This document shows, piece after piece, positions 34,735 to 38,485 of a stretch of DNA of 38,485 bases. The DNA is from a virus (Duplodnaviria > Heunggongvirae > Uroviricota > Caudoviricetes). Both the position numbers and the translations under genes were made by a program. Every line of letters starts with the position of its first letter. Position 1 is the first letter of the stretch. Under the pieces are notes generated by a model. The model saw only the letters and a list, made by a program, of their open reading frames with translations. It did not search any database and had not been told where the DNA came from. The DNA lies in IMG/VR virus record IMGVR_UViG_2911215477_000001, positions 1 to 38,485 of that record; one strand, written 5' to 3'.

Positions 34735-36336
34735 TTAGTTGTTCCCTGGAGTGGGCTTGCCGCCGCTGTTGTCTTTCGACGAGACGGCACCCTGGTTCGA
34801 ATCCTTCGAACCGTCCTGGGCTGGTGTATGTATGTTCATACCTACACCATTAAGCGAAGTGTAGGCACTGTCGTCCCAGGAATCAATAGCCTTCTGCAAT
34901 TCCTGTTTCTTCTCTTCTGCCAGCATCGGCCAGATCTTCTCCACGATGCCGGTCATCAGTGCGCGACGCACCTCGATGGGAGCTGCGAGCAAACTCATGC
35001 CCTGCGCAATCGCCATGTCGTCGGACAGACCGCGCACGTCGAAGCTCGTGCTGTACTTCACCGTGTTGGTTTCGGGATCGAGCAGGCTGGTCTTCTCGCC
35101 GTTCCAGATGCGCACCAGGGTTTCCATGCGGTTGGAGAACTGCTCCATCGCATTGGCCTTGGCCGAGAGCAGCGCGTTCACACGTTCGAAGTCGTATGCC
35201 TTTGCTACGCCCGAGCTGTTGTCGATGCCGACCGAGTTGTCCTGCTTGGTGCGCTCACCGGCAAGACCGACCGTGTGGTAGATCTCGTTGATGATCTGGC
35301 GGATCGCCGTGATGATCAGGGATGCTTGGCGCGGATCGGGGCTGATGTAGGTGGGGGCTGCGCCGTGCTCACCGTCGAACAGAAGCACCTGGGAAGTGCC
35401 CATCTTCATCAGGTTGCGCTTGGCTTCGTCCTCTTCCTTCGCACTGTCTTCCGGCGACAGACCCACGCCCGGCAGCACACCCTGAGCCGGCATGACGAGC
35501 TGGCTGAAGGTCTGGTCGTTGATGATCTGGTCCAGGCACGACAGGTAGTTCGCGGTGCCACGGTCCATGTAGGCGATGTCTTCGATCAGCCCAGGGTTGT
35601 GGTAGCGAGCGTCCGACTCGACGTGATCGGCCTTGATGACCGGCACGACGCCCAGGTTGTGATCGCCCTTATCGACGAACTCGATCTTGTCCCTGACGGT
35701 CTGCTTGAAGACGAACCACTGGGTCTTGGTCCACAGGCGGAAGCGGGACAGCACGCGGCCCGAGCCCGAGAACGGGTTGTCGTCGTCGCGGTAGACCTCT
35801 TCGATCAGGATCCACTCCAGCTGGCCGAAGTCGTCGTAGCCCATGTCCAGGACATGCTTGGGGGTGACGATGTACGAGTAGAGGCGCACCGCACCATTCT
35901 TCTCGTCGGCAATCGACGCGATCTCGGAGTTGCTGCGCTTGTTGTTGTCCACCACGACCCAGACGCGACCATAGATCGACGTCTTGCGGGCGACCTCGCG
36001 TTCGAACTGGGACAGCGTGAGGCCCGTCAGGGTGGCTCGCTCGCGGAAACGCAGCACCTGGTCGGGGACGTCCGGCTTACGCACGGGTGCCACCTTGAAC
36101 AGATACTTGTTCACCAGGTCCACTACCTCGCGGGTGTGGTTGAAGCGGTAGGCGCGCTCCACACGCTTGGCGTAGGTCGTGTCACCCTCTCGCGTGAAGC
36201 GGAAGATGTTCTTCTTGAACCAGGACCGCTCGCTCTTGTAGGTCTCTTCCAAGAACTCCCAGTGTTCCAGCTTCTCCCGGTAGTCCGGGTGACGGCGCTG
36301 GGTGAGCGCCGCCATTTCCTTTGGCTTGTAAGTCAT
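34735..36336 (-). CDS. Portal protein (SPP1 gp6-like), 533 aa
   Basis: Follows terL. HNLGVVPVI, IAYMDR..NYLS and SGVAKAYDF motifs. Confidence 0.9.
   Translation of the reverse strand: MTYKPKEMAALTQRRHPDYREKLEHWEFLEETYKSERSWFKKNIFRFTREGDTTYAKRVERAYRFNHTREVVDLVNKYLFKVAPVRKPDVPDQVLRFRERATLTGLTLSQFEREVARKTSIYGRVWVVVDNNKRSNSEIASIADEKNGAVRLYSYIVTPKHVLDMGYDDFGQLEWILIEEVYRDDDNPFSGSGRVLSRFRLWTKTQWFVFKQTVRDKIEFVDKGDHNLGVVPVIKADHVESDARYHNPGLIEDIAYMDRGTANYLSCLDQIINDQTFSQLVMPAQGVLPGVGLSPEDSAKEEDEAKRNLMKMGTSQVLLFDGEHGAAPTYISPDPRQASLIITAIRQIINEIYHTVGLAGERTKQDNSVGIDNSSGVAKAYDFERVNALLSAKANAMEQFSNRMETLVRIWNGEKTSLLDPETNTVKYSTSFDVRGLSDDMAIAQGMSLLAAPIEVRRALMTGIVEKIWPMLAEEKKQELQKAIDSWDDSAYTSLNGVGMNIHTPAQDGSKDSNQGAVSSKDNSGGKPTPGNN
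34826..34845 (-). promoter_or_regulatory. Operator-like palindrome 9, embedded in the portal 3' coding sequence
   Basis: GTAT-GTATGT-tcat-ACCTAC at 34826-34845, an AT-rich patch within the portal tail. Confidence 0.65.
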
Positions 36337-36354
36337 CAGACGTCCTTGTCTAGT

Positions 36355-36374
36355 GTATGTATATGGTTACATAC
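36355..36374 (-). promoter_or_regulatory. Operator-like palindrome 10 (upstream of portal)
   Basis: GTAT-GTATAT-ggtt-ACATAC at 36355-36374, in the 46-nt terL-portal gap. Confidence 0.7.
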
Positions 36375-36382
36375 ATCTTTGG

Positions 36383-37633
36383 TCAAAAGCTAACACCCAG
36401 GACCGGCGTCTTGCGGGTCGGGAAGTTGTACTCGATGGCGTAGCCGATACCGTCCGCGATGTGCTCCTTGTTGAGCGACTTGTCGATCTCGGTCGTGCCC
36501 TCGCGATACGTCACCTGTTCGAAGGCTTCGATGGTCGCCCTGCACTTCTCGTTGACCTTCAGTCGCACCTGGTTGCTGGCACTGCGGAGCAAGGCGTTCA
36601 CCGAGTTCACGCGGTCCTGCACGAACGGATGCTTCTTGTGATACATGATCCGCTTGAAGCCTCGGCTGCGGAAAATGTCCAGGGCCGATTCACCACGGGC
36701 ATGCGAGCGCGAACCACCTGCCGGGTCAGGGAAGATGGTGATCTGGCTCATGTTGCGCCAGTAGCGCTTCTCCAGCTCGTCGCAGACCTCGGTCACGTTG
36801 GAGTTGAAGAGCACGATCTCATCGACCACCCACAGCTCGCCGTTCGGCTGAGGCTGAAGCACAGCAGCCGACATCGGGGAGATGTTGAAGTCCTGCCCGA
36901 TCCAGATCGGCAGCTTCGGGTTGAATGGGTAGTTGCCCACATGCCGGCTGCGTTCGAACGGGTAGTAGACGCGGCCCGACATGGTTTCGAAGCTCGCCTC
37001 GTACTCCTGACGGAACGTGCGCGGATCCAGGTCGCTGCGTGCCTGCTCGATCTCTCGCATGGGCACGAACGGGGACGCGATGGTCGGGAACTGCCAGCTC
37101 GCCCACTCGGGGTTCTTGCGGTTGCGCTGACGGACGCCCTTGGCGTAGTTCTCGTACAGAAGGTTGTGGGACTTGGGCGTGCCGATGAAGAGCGCCCTGC
37201 CCTCCGTCGTCGCCAGGGTCGGACGGAGCACCTGCTCCCAGACCTCGGTGCGCATATCCTGGTATTCGTCGAGCACCACGAAGTTCAGACCCACACCGCG
37301 CAGGGTGTCAGGTCGGTCGGCACCCTTCAGGGAGATCAGCGCGCCGTTGACCAGGCGCAACTGCAGGAGCGTTTCGTTGTACTTGTCCACCCAATCCGGA
37401 GGCGTGGTCGCCTTCAGATCGTTCCACATGATCTCTCGGGCCATGCCGTAGGTCGGGGCCACATACCAGATCTTGTCGCCGGGATTGGCACGCGCACCTT
37501 CGCGACGAAGCTCGGACAGTGCGAGCGTCGTCTTGCCAAAGCGTCGGCCTGCAACCAGGGTGCGGAAACGCGCAGGATTGCGATACACCTCCATCTGGGC
37601 ACGATGGAGGCGCGTGCGTGCTACCTCGCTCAT
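36383..37633 (-). CDS. terL: Terminase large subunit
   Basis: Walker A AGRRFGKT, Walker B FVVLDEYQD, nuclease GQDFN and HIADGIGY. Confidence 0.95.
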   Translation of the reverse strand: MSEVARTRLHRAQMEVYRNPARFRTLVAGRRFGKTTLALSELRREGARANPGDKIWYVAPTYGMAREIMWNDLKATTPPDWVDKYNETLLQLRLVNGALISLKGADRPDTLRGVGLNFVVLDEYQDMRTEVWEQVLRPTLATTEGRALFIGTPKSHNLLYENYAKGVRQRNRKNPEWASWQFPTIASPFVPMREIEQARSDLDPRTFRQEYEASFETMSGRVYYPFERSRHVGNYPFNPKLPIWIGQDFNISPMSAAVLQPQPNGELWVVDEIVLFNSNVTEVCDELEKRYWRNMSQITIFPDPAGGSRSHARGESALDIFRSRGFKRIMYHKKHPFVQDRVNSVNALLRSASNQVRLKVNEKCRATIEAFEQVTYREGTTEIDKSLNKEHIADGIGYAIEYNFPTRKTPVLGVSF

Positions 37634-38277
37634 TCTGCTTCCTCTTCCTCGGACTCCGTGTCCGGTTCCGGGAAGGACTCAGCTGCGGCTTCGATCTCTT
37701 CGATGGTGGGCGCGGGTGCCTCTTCGTCGGTTTCCTCACCGAACGAGGACGTGCGGTTGCGGAGCGCTGCCTCTTCCTCGGCAGTCATCTCTTCCACGAC
37801 GATCTTGGTCTTCTCGCCCGTGCCGGCGTCCGGGTTGATCTCCAACAGGCAATACAGCTCTTCGCGGGCGAGCTTCAGTGAAGCGACCGATTCGCGCAGG
37901 GCTTTGGCAGTTGCCTGGAGGGACGCAAGCGAATGGCCACCCTCACGGATGACCTTGAACTCGCGACCGAAGGCTTGCAGGAGGTTGAGCTGGATGCCGG
38001 CGAGCTGTTCCTTCGCGTAGATCGAACGGAATGCCATCTTCTCGGCGTATTCGCGCTCCATCGCAGCGATCTTCGCCAGGTTCTCTTCACGAACCTTGTC
38101 CAGCTTCTCGCCGCCCTTGATCTTGGCAGCGGTCATGTGTCGGGAGACGGTTTCGATGCGGATGCCGAACTTTTCAGCCACCTCTTTCTGGGTGTGGCCG
38201 TTGGCATACATCTCTTCGGCCTTCGCCCACTCCTTCGGAGTCAGACGGCGACCGGCGCTTGCAGCTTTTGCACTCAT
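37630..38277 (-). CDS. terS: Terminase small subunit
   Basis: N-terminal HTH (TQKEVAEKFGIRIETVSRH), coiled-coil middle and acidic tail. Overlaps the terL ATG. Confidence 0.85.
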   Translation of the reverse strand: MSAKAASAGRRLTPKEWAKAEEMYANGHTQKEVAEKFGIRIETVSRHMTAAKIKGGEKLDKVREENLAKIAAMEREYAEKMAFRSIYAKEQLAGIQLNLLQAFGREFKVIREGGHSLASLQATAKALRESVASLKLAREELYCLLEINPDAGTGEKTKIVVEEMTAEEEAALRNRTSSFGEETDEEAPAPTIEEIEAAAESFPEPDTESEEEEAE

Positions 38278-38282
38278 TACAA

Positions 38283-38351
38283 CTCCATCCTTGGAGATAT
38301 GAAGACGGGATCTACAGCGCGTCCCATCCTTGGGGGCTGTAGATCCCGTCT
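38283..38351 (-). promoter_or_regulatory. Structured terS leader: two CAAGGATG-loop hairpins, one capping a perfect 16-bp stem
   Basis: AGACGGGATCTACAGC (38303-38318) / GCTGTAGATCCCGTCT (38336-38351) with inner CCCA-AGGA-TGGG. CTCCA-AGGA-TGGAG (38283-38296) covers the SD. Confidence 0.75.
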
Positions 38352-38353
38352 GT

Positions 38354-38437
38354 TAGAAAATCCCGGCTCGGTCCATCGGAGGAGAGAAGAGATGGTCTTT
38401 GGCGACCGCTGCCGGGGTGTCCTTTGTATGTATGTGC
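38354..38437 (-). ncRNA. Candidate leader-derived small RNA of about 85 nt (hairpin plus U-tract, pyrimidine-rich loop)
   Basis: Starts just after TATAAT (38449-38444). Nested stems CCCGGC/GCCGGG, CGGT/ACCG and CCATC/GATGG, loop TCTTCTCTCCTCC, then ATTTTCT. Structure predicted by hand only. Confidence 0.45.
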
Positions 38438-38449
38438 TTACCTATTATA
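38426..38449 (-). promoter_or_regulatory. Operator-like palindrome 11 overlapping TATAAT (head-operon promoter)
   Basis: GTAT-GTATGT-gctt-ACCTAT at 38426-38445. Minus-strand TATAAT at 38449-38444, with GTGAAA 17 bp upstream. Confidence 0.8.
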
Positions 38450-38485
38450 CCGGGCACAACACTAAATTTCACACCTAGCTTCAAC

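Larger units (their letters stand above)
1..38485. mobile_element. Segment of a temperate siphovirus / phage-plasmid genome (packaging, head, tail, lysis, replication and integrase modules)
   Basis: Unbroken run of phage-type genes from terminase to ligase on the minus strand plus a convergent tyrosine integrase. No host housekeeping genes and no att junction are visible. Confidence 0.95.

Noticed and set aside
3327-38445. Operator motif as a host LexA (SOS) box
   Set aside because: It does not match the LexA consensus sequences I know (CTGT-N8-ACAG, GAAC-N4-GTTC, GTTC-N7-GTTC, TTA-N6-TACTA). A host regulator is not excluded without a chromosome scan.
38392-38478. 28-aa + strand mini-ORF (MVFGDRCRG..) behind GGAGG-AGAGAAGAG-ATG
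   Set aside because: It runs straight through the operator and -10 box, has atypical codons and has no visible + strand promoter. Not called as a CDS, but it is the main alternative explanation for the sRNA seed match and should be tested by Ribo-seq.
1-38485. tRNA or rRNA genes
   Set aside because: Intergenic gaps are short, and none shows a cloverleaf, T-loop GTTCGA in tRNA context, or CCA end. The GGTTCGAA at 34794 is part of a simple hairpin inside the portal CDS.

Overview
The window is one continuous piece of a high-GC temperate siphovirus or phage-plasmid. A tyrosine integrase lies on the + strand (1-1323). It faces about 35 minus-strand genes, in transcription order: terS, terL, portal, scaffold, major capsid, head-tail joining genes, tail tube, G/GT chaperones with a -1 frameshift, tape measure, Dit/L/NlpC/J tail tip, a 1790-aa side fibre with a putative adhesin, a lysis cassette (holin candidate, GH24 endolysin, spanins), a metallophosphoesterase, PhoH, an Hfq-like protein, helicase, primase, a Cys-rich unknown and an ATP-dependent ligase. 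Gene order and several proteins recall the SSU5/pHCM2 phage-plasmid group; this is from memory and was not searched. The most unusual content is non-coding. (1) A 16-bp operator-like palindrome, GTATGT-N4-ACATAC, occurs 11 times, mostly on or beside a -10 box. (2) Hairpins with GGA in the loop (CsrA/RsmA-type) sit on the ribosome-binding sites or leaders of virion genes. (3) The structured terS leader has an exposed loop complementary to the SD and start codon of both the phage Hfq-like gene and the Cys-rich gene, suggesting a phage-encoded sRNA plus Hfq circuit. (4) Two hairpins would block translation only on read-through transcripts (holin candidate and a replication-operon gene). All regulatory assignments are inferences from manual reading.
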